DNA from: Setoptus koraiensis
Lineage: Eukaryota > Animalia > Arthropoda
Direction: 5' to 3'
DNA: 64,000 nt
Assembly: GCA_048013815.1 (NCBI GenBank)
Contig: CM106585.1
Span: forward strand, 1,488,001 to 1,552,000
Under the pieces are notes generated by a model, which saw nothing but the letters and a program-made list of their open reading frames with translations, was not told the origin of the DNA and made no database searches. The position numbers were made by a program, and so were the translations under genes. This document shows positions 37,931 to 49,775 of this stretch, one piece after another (position 1 is the stretch's first letter; each line of letters begins with the position of its first letter).

Positions 37931-39708
37931 CGTAAGAGGAGCAACGGTCAAGGTTTGCCAGTGGTTAGGTGGCGCTCGCTGGCGAGAAGGCTCGAGCGGC
38001 ACCGAGTGAGTTGTGGCCTCCGCCAAACAGGAATTAATGCTCACCGCACACTGTCGGGCAATTGGCTCACCTGGTCGCATAGTGCTTAATGCCACAGCAC
38101 AAGTGACAGGCCGGTGACAGGTCGGCTGTCAGAAAGGCACCTGTGAAAAAGCGTTACACACGCGATTTGCGACTATCCGTTTCGTTTGACGTTTGTTTGG
38201 GGCGAGCGCAGCGCAAACATGACCGACCGACCGACCGACCGAACGGCCGACTTGGCAATTATTGCAACTCTATTGCACACTCCAACTGCCCAGCAACTTG
38301 CATAGAAATGCCATAGAAATGGCACAGAAATGCAAACACGCCGAGCGAGAATGAGGCCAAAGTGTCGAGCCTTGAATTGAAACCGCATTGACCGCACGAC
38401 AAGCGACTGGCCACAGGTTGCAATCGCATTTGATGTCATTTGATATCGCCGTTTTGTTTTGTCGCTGCACACTTGCCCAAGTCACACCGACTGCTGCAAT
38501 GCGACAACTGTTGGCAGCAGCGCCGCGAAATTCCTTTCTTTGCCACTTTGCCACTTGACCACTCAACCCACTGCTACCTGTGCCCATTGACATTACGTAA
38601 CAGGCAACACAGAATGCGGTTGCGCCGTTTATGTTGGCTTCCTAGTTTCTCACACTCACACCCGCACTCCCACTCACTGACTCTGGTCACTAGTGGCGCG
38701 CTCACTCAACAGAGTCTAGCGCCAGTGTTGGCCCCACAGGTAGCGACTCGAGTCAGTGTGTTTGTTTGAGTGTGGCGACCGGATAACACAAACAATTCTG
38801 ACAATTTTTAACACGAATGCCAGGTAATATTTGTTCACTTTGTCACACCAAATTCATGCTGTAGTGACTGTGGACATGACCAAGTTGAGAGGCGATCCCA
38901 TTGAATTCTGGCCATTGAATTTCGGCCAGCCTCACAGACTGTGAGTCACAGCGACCTGTGCTGTGATCACCTGTCGGTGCTGCATGATAATAATGACATG
39001 AAGCAGTGGCGATAAACGGCTCAACTGACAGTTATCAACTGTTATCACTGGCGATCTTTTTTGACGTTGGTATCAAATGCAAACACACACAGAATTACGT
39101 CAATATCTGTCTGTTTGTTCATTATTTGCAAACACTAACTGCCGCTGGTTGTATGTGTTTTGTGCGTGCCAACAAATGTTGTAAAAATGCTCACATACAA
39201 ACACCAACAGCAACAACTGCAACAGACAACGGATAATCGCAAACAATTCATCAATGATGAATATTGGAATAATTTATTGTTGTTGTCGAGGCAACAACAA
39301 CAGCAACAACAACAGCAGCATCAACAACAGCAGCATCAACAACAGCAGCAGCACTTGTACGGCGGCTTACATCGGCGCCAAGCCAGAAGATTAAACACAC
39401 AGTGACCGGTGTATAGCTGGCATATAGCGTATGCCAGCCATACAGTATATACATGTAAGGGGCAAATAATCTCCTGTCGTCCACTGATGAGATCGACTTG
39501 ATGCTGTCCTTCGTTGGCTTCTCTTTAGGTCTTTGTTGTTCTTCGCCACTACAACCAATACAAGGCTCTCCCGCTCCGACGAGTTGTTAGCAAACAGCTG
39601 AAACTCGTCGAAGAGAGAACGTTCTTAGCTGGCAAATATCCTCGTTCTTTTTCTTTTTTCTTCTTTCACTAGCTCCCTCTCGCCACCAGAGCCTAGCCGC
39701 CAGAGTCT

Positions 39709-39716
39709 ACTCACCG
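39709..39716 (-). promoter_or_regulatory. Candidate splice donor (CG|GTGAGT) of a non-coding 5'UTR exon of Cad99C. A second candidate (AC|GTGAGT) is at 44659-44666
   Basis: Canonical donors on the Cad99C strand. The first coding ATG (34006) lies 2 nt after a CAG acceptor, so upstream exons are expected. Confidence 0.3.
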
Positions 39717-42700
39717 GAGTCTGGTGTGTGCTGTCTGGCCCGGTCATCGAGGCAAGCTAGTGGCGGGCGAAATTCGGCCAAGAGAAAGCAGTCCGTCAAT
39801 ATGCTAATGTGTCGGAGGCTATTTATTATCATAGAATAGAATGGAACAAGACAAGACAAAACAAAACAAGACAAAACAGAAGGATGCTGGCCGGACAGTG
39901 GCGCCAACGGTGGTCATTGTTGCAAGATGGTCATAACTGAGATAACAACGTCCGCCGATGATTGAATAAAACGTTGCAACGCAAACACTTTGGGCTTGTC
40001 GTTTGGCCCGACAGCGATCTAACATGACGATAACAAAGCTAATCAATGATTAGTAATCAGCGTCGCGCGCCTTGTTTATTAGTAGTCGCATGAATCTTAT
40101 TAGACGCAGATGAGTCCGGCCAGCAGATAGATGATCCCTTCTCAGGGCTACTGCTCCACTGCGATTGGCAACGGGTCTCATTTGTTGCGAGCTCGCTTAC
40201 GTTACAATCGACGGCTTCGAAGAGAACAGAATAACAGCGGATAAGTTTGCAGTTTGCAATTAACAGTGCCCATGCTAACATGTTTACAAGTTGATGTTAC
40301 AACCATCATTATGTAACCCTAAATAATTGTTATTAGTGCTATGGCGCCTGCTGCCGTCGTTGTTGCTGTTGCTGCTGTTGTTGTTGTATGGGTCGTTTTG
40401 GCGCATCGCCACAGGATAGACACACACAGGTAAAGACGGATATGTTACCTGTGTCAGTGTGTGTGTGTGTGTGTTTGTATTGGCGCAGGCTGGCTATAAA
40501 CAGGCGCAACAAGTGGTTAATGACACCACTGACCTACTATTTTGAGCATATGACTTGCATTGCCAATTCAAACAACTGTTCAAATTATCATTCATGATTA
40601 CGCATTCTTCATTACACAGACCTGCCTATTGAACAATCTCCACCAATAGTTAATTATACACACAGATAGTGGCTTATGGCGCCGATCAATGATGAGCAAA
40701 CATCGTCGAGTGTGCTGTCCGTTGATTTTGTGATCAAATCACCAATCAAAAGAGAAGTTTTTCGCTCTCTCTCTCTCGCTGCCAGATCGGCTAGACGAGA
40801 TAAAGGAATAAAAGTGATAAATCTGACCCATGGTAATGGTTGTTTGTTTGCAAGAGCAGCAGAGGCCAATGGCAGACACAAAAGCCCACCAAAGAATGGA
40901 TGCAAAGTATGAATGCAAACGAAGGCATCATGATGCTGCTGGCGATATCGGCAGTGTCACGATAAATTAATCTATATAAATCTGGCATCGTTGCTCATGT
41001 TGGTCGTGTGCATGTTTGATGGGCGACCAGTGATTAACATTGGGCATTTTGGCCACTTTGTATCGCGATCGCGAGGCTGTCATTGTTGAAAAAGAAAAGG
41101 AACGAAAAGCGAAAATGTTGAGTCATGAATTCGGTCATGAATGAACAAAGGCTCGCTGATTAATTGATGATGCCCGGTTTCGGGGGCTCGCTTACGCCCC
41201 CAAAGAATCTACCTGTACCAAGCATTCTATGGTAACGACTGCGTCTAAACATAGATGAGGGTGCCGCGTTCGTTGAGAACAGTCCACTTGGTTGGGGGCT
41301 ATGTGTTCGGTGGTGCAACAGCAACAGCAACAAGTGTTAGGAGCGGCCAGAAGATTTTTGATCGCATCATTTGAGTGCGATCGTTGTGCGACGCATCAAA
41401 GCGACCAGAGAGTGTTGGCTTCGCGCAGCTATTCGTTCGCGTTCGAGTGGCCGCATTCCTAATTATTATTATGCAATCATATTCTTTGTTGTTGGTTCCG
41501 CTTCTCCATTGAGCCTACAGGCTGCAAGCTCAATCAGGCAGGCGCACAGATATGAGAGTAAGTAAGAGCTGGCAAGAATGTGTATTAGCTTGTTACGCAA
41601 CTGTTGCATAACAAAAGGTGCAGTTGAGAGGGTGAGGTTTCGTTTTGTCTGATTGTGCCTGTTGTGCAGTGTGTTTTAGCCAAACATGATCCGTTCTTAT
41701 CTTTTGAGTTGTTTATCGCGCAAGATAAATCAAGAATATTTTATTAGTTGCAACAGCAACAGCGACAGGCATAAGTGATCTCGTTTGTAATCGCAAAGAG
41801 ATGGTCAGATTAGAAACAAAAATTTAGATAATCCGACAAATGTGTTGCATGCACAACACATACTGTCGTGTGACATAGTGGCCAGCAACATGATCCGACA
41901 ACAAGGTTTCGTGATTGACCACTGGACAGTCACTGGACTGCCACTAACTGTTGCTAACTGTTACTTGTGACGTTACAACGGTGTGCCACTTACCATTTGA
42001 TGCAACCACTGCTAATAGTTGATAACGTCATAATGTGAGTGTGTGTGTGCTCAACAGAATATAAATTGATAAATCAAAACGGCCACCAATTTAATCATTT
42101 TTGAAGGTCAACAATGTCGCTTCATTTCGGACTCTGACTCTCGTGAGTCTTGTGAGTTTGAAACTGGAGTCCACGCAATGATTTACGCACAGTCTCGCAC
42201 TCCGACTACTAGTGACTAGACAAGACCGTTGGTCGCAACGTAAGCCAACTAGCTCTCGTAGTGTGTTTGTCGGACTGACCAGAGCTCAGGTGACCTAACA
42301 GCGGCGGCAGCAGCAGCAACTACTTAACTAGTGCAACTGGCCAGATATTGCAGCGGCACTGGGCGCGCTGGCCGTAATGCGCCGATGCAGCCATGTAGTG
42401 AATGTTGTGAAGTTTTAAATATAGCCTATGAGTGGCCATTATCTGCACCATGGTCAGTTATTTCGCTCGAGGCTGCTTATACTTAGAACAAAAATTGATC
42501 AATTGAAAACAACATGACCAAGCTGCGCCGTTCCTATCAACGCTACTCGGCAAGCCGGCGAGCGCAACAAGATAATTTTGTTTGTTCGTTTGTTTGTTCG
42601 TTTGTTTGTATGTTTGTTTGTTTGTTCTCTGTTCTGGCGAGCGCACCAAGTGAGCAAGTATAACAAACATTCGTGTATGCAAATAATGGCTAACATTATG

Positions 42701-43788
42701 ATTTTGATACTCTGGTCAGTCATCTATTTTCGGCTTCACACACACACAAACACACGCACACTCACACTCTGGCCACCATAACCGATAACACCAAATAATA
42801 GCACATTAAATAGTAACCAGTCTGGCCAGTCACTATTAATAGCCGCCATTATTGGCCAACGAACGAAAATAATCATTCGTTCGGCTGGGCCCTCGTCTAG
42901 CGCATCGCGTCAGACATTTTGCTCATTAATGTCACTGTTGCAACAGCGAAACTTTTGCTCCAAAAGTGTTTTGTGGCCAAACGTGGAAATGGATGAAACG
43001 GACGCACTAAACATTCACTGCTGCTAGCGGCCAGTTGCTGCGACGCCGCGCCATCTAGTCAATTGCTGCCGCTGCTGAGTAACATTACATAATCGCAATC
43101 GTCGGTTGATTGGACTTTGGGGGATTGGGATTTAATTAAAACCATTGCACACACACTCATTGTAGCGATACTTGTAGGCACGTGAGTGACGGCCGAGCCA
43201 GTAATTGTACGGTTTTGATTCGTTTTTACAATTACAATTTTGTGAAATCTGCTGCATACAAAATAAAATGTTTACTACAGACCAAACAAATGGTTTGTTT
43301 GTATGTTACAGGGCACATCGGCCCGCATACATACATCATGCAGCTAAACAGCTCATGGCAATAATTTATGGCCGTGAGCTGCGACGGCGTCAGCGAGAAC
43401 GAAGACAAATCGTTGTATTATGTACATTGCAATGTAGCCAAAATGTAAAACAATTTCAACTAAAACATGATAACATTATTCCGTTGCTCCATTAACTAAC
43501 ACTAACATTTGTTGTTGTTTTGCAAACTAAAACTCCGATAGATTCTGTGTGTTTGTTGGTCTTAACACCCAACAGAATAAATCCGTCTGAAAAGGAGCAA
43601 CTAATTCACAATACATATTCAATGGATGCTTGCTTATTTTATATTATACCGATGCGATAGACAAACGTTTATTTACGTTTATCTTTATTGTGTCTGATGC
43701 TTCTCGTAAACAATTTCGAGCTTTCGCTTCACCGTCATCATGATACTGAATCAGCCGCATGGGCAAGTGACTGAAGCTCAAAAGAAAG

Positions 43789-43868
43789 CCATCCACTTGG
43801 CAATCCATCCACTGAGCAGTCCATCCACTGAGCAATCCATCCACTGAGCAATTTATACACTGAGCAAA
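43789..43868. repeat. 16-bp minisatellite CCATCCACTGAGCAAT x5
   Basis: Read directly from the sequence. Confidence 0.9.
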
Positions 43869-44931
43869 TCAGCAAAAGGCATAGTTAGATAACGTATATG
43901 TAACGTTTATATCATGCATGGAGAGTGTTCGCCGGCAACAGGTGTAAATGGTACGAAAATGATGATCAATGCGCCAGCCAACAGACAGACAGACACTCGT
44001 CGATGATTGGAGAACTGGTTATATAACATATATTATATAATATATATATTATACAACTGGTGGCCATTGGTGCATCGCCTTTTATCGAGGCCAATGGCTT
44101 CACGTTACATGTGCTATCACACTATCTCAGCAGCATGTTGCTATGTTAGTCGTTGTTCGTTTAATGAGACGCTTTCACCTGACACATGAGGCCGATTGAC
44201 GGCAAACGAGAAAGTTTCACTTGCTATCGGTTGAGATTTGATTTAGTTGTGTGTCTCGATTGTCAAATTATTACAACTGTTGCGGACACCCTGGGCTTGG
44301 CATCACTCACAACAAATATCACATCAGCAACATGCTCGAAATAATTTTGCAAATGCCTGCCACAACTAGCTTATCTAACTAGGCAACTGGCTAGTGTCGA
44401 GTTGCTGTGTCTCGCTGAACTCTCGTCTTGTTACAACGACAGCGATAGTTCACGGAATACAGGTGAGCTTAATGAGACATGCGGCAACCATTGGCTGGTG
44501 TGCGGCATGCAAATATGAAGAGAGTGTTTTGGTTGTTGTTGGCGACAATCGCTATGTATAAATAGCTTATATTTGGTTGCCACAACGGTCCAACTGTGCG
44601 ACAAAAAAAAACAAATGCAAACTGACAATTTGATAATTATTTGATAGAGACAATTTATACTCACGTTAATGATGCAACAGTTAGTGCGCTAGTTAGTATG
44701 ATAATTAAGTGTTTGATGTTGTTGTTGTTGATGCCTGAAGTTGGTGATTGTCGCCGTGGTGCACGTTGTAGACACTTGTGAAATCTTCTCTTCGGTTTGA
44801 TCGATGCTTTTGGTGTGTCGTCGCTTTCTCTCTCTTTTGTCGCTGTGTTCGAAATAAATAGCAAAACAAATCTCAATTAGTTAATACGACGTTTGTTAAT
44901 TAACTAATAACAAATATTACGTAACCACTTT

Positions 44932-44973
44932 GATATTCGAACTGTGATATTCAAATTGCGATATTCAAACTGT
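44932..44973. repeat. 14-bp tandem repeat GATATTCAAACTGT x3
   Basis: Read directly from the sequence. Confidence 0.85.
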
Positions 44974-44985
44974 GACCATGTTCAC

Positions 44986-45066
44986 CCGGCCAATGCAAGT
45001 TTTCGTCTGTGCGCCACGGCCAACTTGATGCCGCCAGGTGAGCAAACTTTCATTCGAATTGGCTGG
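44986..45066 (+). ncRNA. Candidate divergent miR-87-like hairpin
   Basis: The 3' arm GTGAGCAAACTTTCA (45038) matches 14 of the first 15 nt of miR-87. The arms can partly pair, but the stem is bulged and the conserved miR-87 3' end GGTGTG is absent. Confidence 0.2.
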
Positions 45067-47116
45067 CCATGCCCAGACAAACACACAAGCTGACGCAACA
45101 GTTGACCACTTGATTGTTCTATTGAGTTGCGCATGCGCTGTCAAGTTGTACAATTCTTTGGGCATTCTTTTTGGTAGATTCTTTCTGTTCCTTCGGTGCC
45201 TGGCATGGTCTGCATTAGTAGTGAATGATAGCGGAAATCAGTGCCATATTGTGATTTTTATCATGAGTTGTTGTTATAAATTAGCAGTAGCAACAGCGCT
45301 GACCATTAGTCAGCATGGGATACGGCAAATCTCATTTCGTTAACTATCGCACCTTGACTCTTGTAGCACAATTGTGCACTTGCACTTAATTATCGGGTTA
45401 CCTGTGTAAGATTAATTGTTTCTCCAACTGACTGACTGAGTGTGTGTGTGTGTCGGAATACGAAGTGTGTGTCGGAATTCGAAGTGTGAATGTGTGTGTA
45501 AAAGAGAGAAAGTGTGTGCCAAAAATCCTCGTAATACGCCGGTCACAATCGCACTTGTTGCACTGGCCGTGTCAAGGCTGTTTCACCCACCGCCAGACGC
45601 CTCGTCGTTGTTAGTTAGCTTCATCATCAGCACTGAACGACACTGCTGAGCAGCACGAGATAACAGATTAGACGCTGGCATGTTTTAAATAACGGAACAT
45701 GCGTTTAACAAGTGCCAACCGATCGACGACCGCTACCACAATACATAGATGATGATAAAGCGTTTCCACATTCAGCGATAGCTCTGTCCATTAGCTGGCA
45801 AGTGGCGAATAAAACCAAAATTTAACGCTTTCACTACTATAAGAAGAAGACAGAAATTATATCAATCAAAATGGCTAATTTGATTGCTGCCGACAACAAC
45901 AACATCTACTAGTTGGATTGTTTCTGCTTGTTTGGCCCACCAACTGCTAACAAATGACCCAATTATGATCTACAGGTAGTACGGTCTTGCCATAAGAATG
46001 AACTGGCACACACACACACACGAGAGACTTGTTTCGTTTTCAAATCAATAATCACCTTCCATCTTGTCTTGTGTTTCTGGCTAACGAGCCCTGTCTACCA
46101 AGACACACACACACACAATTTTTGCTCTTTCTCTTGCGGTGGCGCTTGAAGATTTATTATTGTTATTTGTAACTCTCGCTGTCTCTCTCATTCTTTCGCT
46201 CTCTTGCTGCCTATCACTCAATTCTTTCTTACTTTCATCATCGCTCACTCACTCGCTGAAAATCCATTGTTTCTGGCAAACCAATTCGATACCCTCTTCA
46301 TTGCTTCATGTCAAAGAGCAATTTTTCATCCCTTGTTTTATTCATTATCGTCCACGTTGCCGTCACTACTCTCTTGGTACTTTTATTATTAATATTATTA
46401 TTGCAGGACTAGATCGCCCAATCAAGGCGTCCAGCCTAGAAAATAAATGTCCGTTAATACAGAGTAACACTGACCAAATCAATCTGATGATGACCCCGCC
46501 AGTGAAAACATTCCTAACATTCTATTCATTCCGTCAGCAGCGGCTAAACATTCCCTTTTGATTTTTGCATTCGCTCTTCCAATATTAATAATAAACGGCC
46601 ACAAACGTGATTGCATTCCATCACAGCAGGATACAACAATCGTTGTCACCATCGTTTATAGAATACCGTATAATATTGGCTGCGGATCGCGTTGCGCACT
46701 TTACTGTTTTCTCTTGGTCTCCCGCACTCTATTTTTCCTGCTTTTTTCGATTCTCGTTTTTGTAGGATAGCGAGGAAAATCCAATAATAACACAGAAATT
46801 AAGAGATTTCCATCATTCTCGAGAGGAAAAAAACGAAACAATGTCAAGTTTTTTTTTCTTTATCACGTTAGATGCTTACAGAAATAGTAAAAATCTCCCA
46901 ATTCCTCGGTAAAATTCTCAGATTTTCCCCAATATCTGACAGAAGTAACTTCGAGCGTTGAAATAAGTAAGGATAAGGAGAATATCATTTTGGACTAGTA
47001 GAGGAGGAGGAATTCTAGAGTTCGCAACACGATGGCCGACAATAGACTAAATTCGCGACCGAAGTTAACTATTAATAAATTAAATAAGTTATTAAGGGGG
47101 TGAAGTAGGCGGCTTG

Positions 47117-47817
47117 TACAGTAAAACTCCTTCGAATGTCGCTTCCCTCAAATGTCGCAACACATGTTATTTTTGCTGTTTTCACGATGATTTGCACTTT
47201 ATTCGATGCGCCAGTTTTAAATCAGAACGCGGTTGACCTATGTTCCTCGACTTCTTCGGTTTCTGTTGTCTATTTCTATTTGTCTCTCCAAGATGCCTCG
47301 AAATCTACGTCGAAATTTGACCCTAAATGCGAAAGAAGATATCATAAGAAATGTGGAAAGATATTCAATTAGTGATTTGGCTATTAAATTCAGTGTATCT
47401 ACACGTCAAATTTATCGTGTTCTTGCTTTGAAAGACAAATACCTGAGTCTATGCAATAGATTTAATGCAGAATTAACAAAGATACAAGAGAGTAGGATTA
47501 GTGATGATCTCGATAGAAGAATGGTTGATCTCGCTGAAGAATATAAGGTACAGAGTGTACCAATAAATGTGAAGATATTAAGGAAGAAGACCACTGAGAT
47601 GAGTGGAAGTTCGAATGAGTCAATCTCTGCTTCATGGTGGAGGAATTTCAAAAACCGGAATAATATTACGAGCGGTACCCTATGTGGCGAATTGATCTCT
47701 GCAGATCTAGTTGCAGCTAATGAATTAAAATTACATTCTATACCGCAAATATTCCAGTTCAATTTGAATGACAATATCTGGAATTTCGATGAGACTCGAC
47801 TAACGGGTGTAGAATAA
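47117..47817 (+). mobile_element. Truncated pogo/Tigger (Tc1-mariner superfamily) element: left TIR plus an open 174-aa ORF (47293-47817) with the CENP-B-type DNA-binding domains, ending just after the first catalytic Asp
   Basis: TA|CAGTAAAAC end at 47117-47127 with AATGTCGC direct repeats. N-terminal HTH (RNLTLNAKEDII...LAIKFSVSTRQIYRVL), second HTH (VPINVKILRKK...SASWWRNFKNRNNI), then IWNFDET. No right TIR found. Confidence 0.85.
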
Positions 47818-47960
47818 AAAACTAGACTGGGTTTCGATCTATTTTTCTCTTGAACTTCGCGCTATTCTTCTTTATTGACACGTGTGATTGATGGGTTGAT
47901 TGATTATCTAAGTGATTATGTAAAAAAGAGTTAATTTATCGAGCTAATTATTAAAAAAAA

Positions 47961-48676
47961 ATGACCTCTGATCAAGAGAGACTCCGCGAGCGCGTCGCGC
48001 AATTTCACGAGGATATAGCTGCTCGCAATAAACATTTAAACTGCACAACATTTCATGAAGGATCTCTCCGATTCTTAATGATACGCATCATTGTGATGAA
48101 TTCAGTGTCTATCGTCGCATTTCTTCAACCAAGAATTTTCCATGGTTTGCAGTCACGTGAGCGGAGGGTAGAGGGCGAAGCCCGATACCCGAAGCGCTCA
48201 TTAACACTACCTGAAGGGTCCCCGTCGCACGCAGTCGTCGCGGGAGCGACGACGGAGATGTGACGGCCTCCAAATTACGAGACCGCAGGCCGAGTTCTCA
48301 GACCCATCGCAGGTTCATCCCCGAGTGCAGCGAAGCTGAAATTCGTCATTGGTTCAGCATAAGTAGTGATAGCCATTACTCCATCGGAGCATCAAGTGTC
48401 ATGTCAGAGCCAGTTTCCCCAGTCAGAGGCCGCCGCTCAGCATCAAATGAGGTATCGAAAATGGACGCGCCAACCTCACAACAAGCATCCGCTAAGCCTC
48501 AAGAAAAGCAGCATCTACAACTCAACTCAACCAATGTAACTAATTCATTCATATGTACAGGCGACTTTGGCTGTGTCGGCCTACCAACGTCAACATACTC
48601 GCCAACACTAGCGGATATGATCAATTACGTCATGAAGCAGTATTTTACATCATCTAATACGACAAAATCCCTATAG
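47961..48676 (+). other. Two overlapping (ATGTGA junction) GC-richer ORFs of 100 and 138 aa, unidentified; possibly a TE remnant
   Basis: Composition shifts next to the pogo breakpoint. No family recognised apart from a degenerate C2H2-like pattern. Confidence 0.2.
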
Positions 48677-49775
48677 ATCACTAACAACACCGCTGGCAAA
48701 CAAATAGTTTTAACAGACACAAACCGATAAGAGAATAACCGAACAGTCAAAATAGACAAAATAGAAGCAACAGAAGAGAATAACAGAACTCACAGAATAG
48801 AACCGATACAACTGCACACTCAAGAACACGCCAAGCTAACAATTCACTTGGCAATTGTGTGTGTGTGTGTGTGTGTGTGCCAAAGAAGAGAACAAGTGAC
48901 GACTGCTAAACGAACTCCAGTGGACGCAAGCCTGCCGCTGCCGGACCAACGACAACCGCCAGCGAGCAGATGGAATTTACTCTTTACCACTGGCCACAAC
49001 ATTCGTTGCCTACATAAACCTGAAGATCAGAAAATATATAAATTCGAGCAATTATCGATAGATTCCATTTCATGCAAAAACCATTGCACACGCCATCTTA
49101 TCTAATCTGACATCGATTGAGCGCATTATAGAGTTCATCAATAAAGTTTGTCACAACCTACTTATAACCTTGAATCTGTCAAACACAGAAAAGAATGTTG
49201 AAGAGAGAAAATAATACAGAAAAAATGGAATCACTGTTGATTTTCTTTCATTAAATGAGAAAAGATGCACTGTGCGCATGCGATCTTGGCGCATTCCGAA
49301 ATGAACTGTAAGAGCAATCAACCCTAGCCACCTGGAAAGGGTCTCTCATCTGAGGGATTACTAATAACGTGCGCTTGACACCCGAGATAGCGCTGGAAGG
49401 GGCCACTTCAAAGATAGAATACAATTTGTCGGGTGATCAATAATTTTGCTTGCGTGAATCGATTACACGATTATGACGATGATTTGCAGACGAGAATCAG
49501 AAACACAAATCAGATGTAACAAGTAGGTCAATTTGTTAATTGGTGTTTTGTATTTTCCTTTCTTCATCATCGTTCAGGTGATTACGAATGCAACTAAAAG
49601 TTCACTACTTGAACTACGAGTTGATTAGTATTGTGTAACATTCTTCTGCGAAAATGCGACTCGGCGCCTGAACTACATTAGTTGTGGTGTATGTTGTGTA
49701 TATATGTGCACATCCCCTGAGTTTGCTATATCAGCACGAGAATATTTCCTGGTGAATGGATCAGATTAAATCAAT

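Noticed and set aside
35627-43868. Minisatellites considered as a CRISPR-like array
   Set aside because: Units are directly adjacent with no unique spacers, the context is eukaryotic, and there are no cas genes.
49151-49163. miR-307-like, plus miR-33-like (11930), miR-275-like (15513) and miR-279-like (14911, 42213) seed matches
   Set aside because: No adequate complementary arm or loop. Such short matches are expected by chance.
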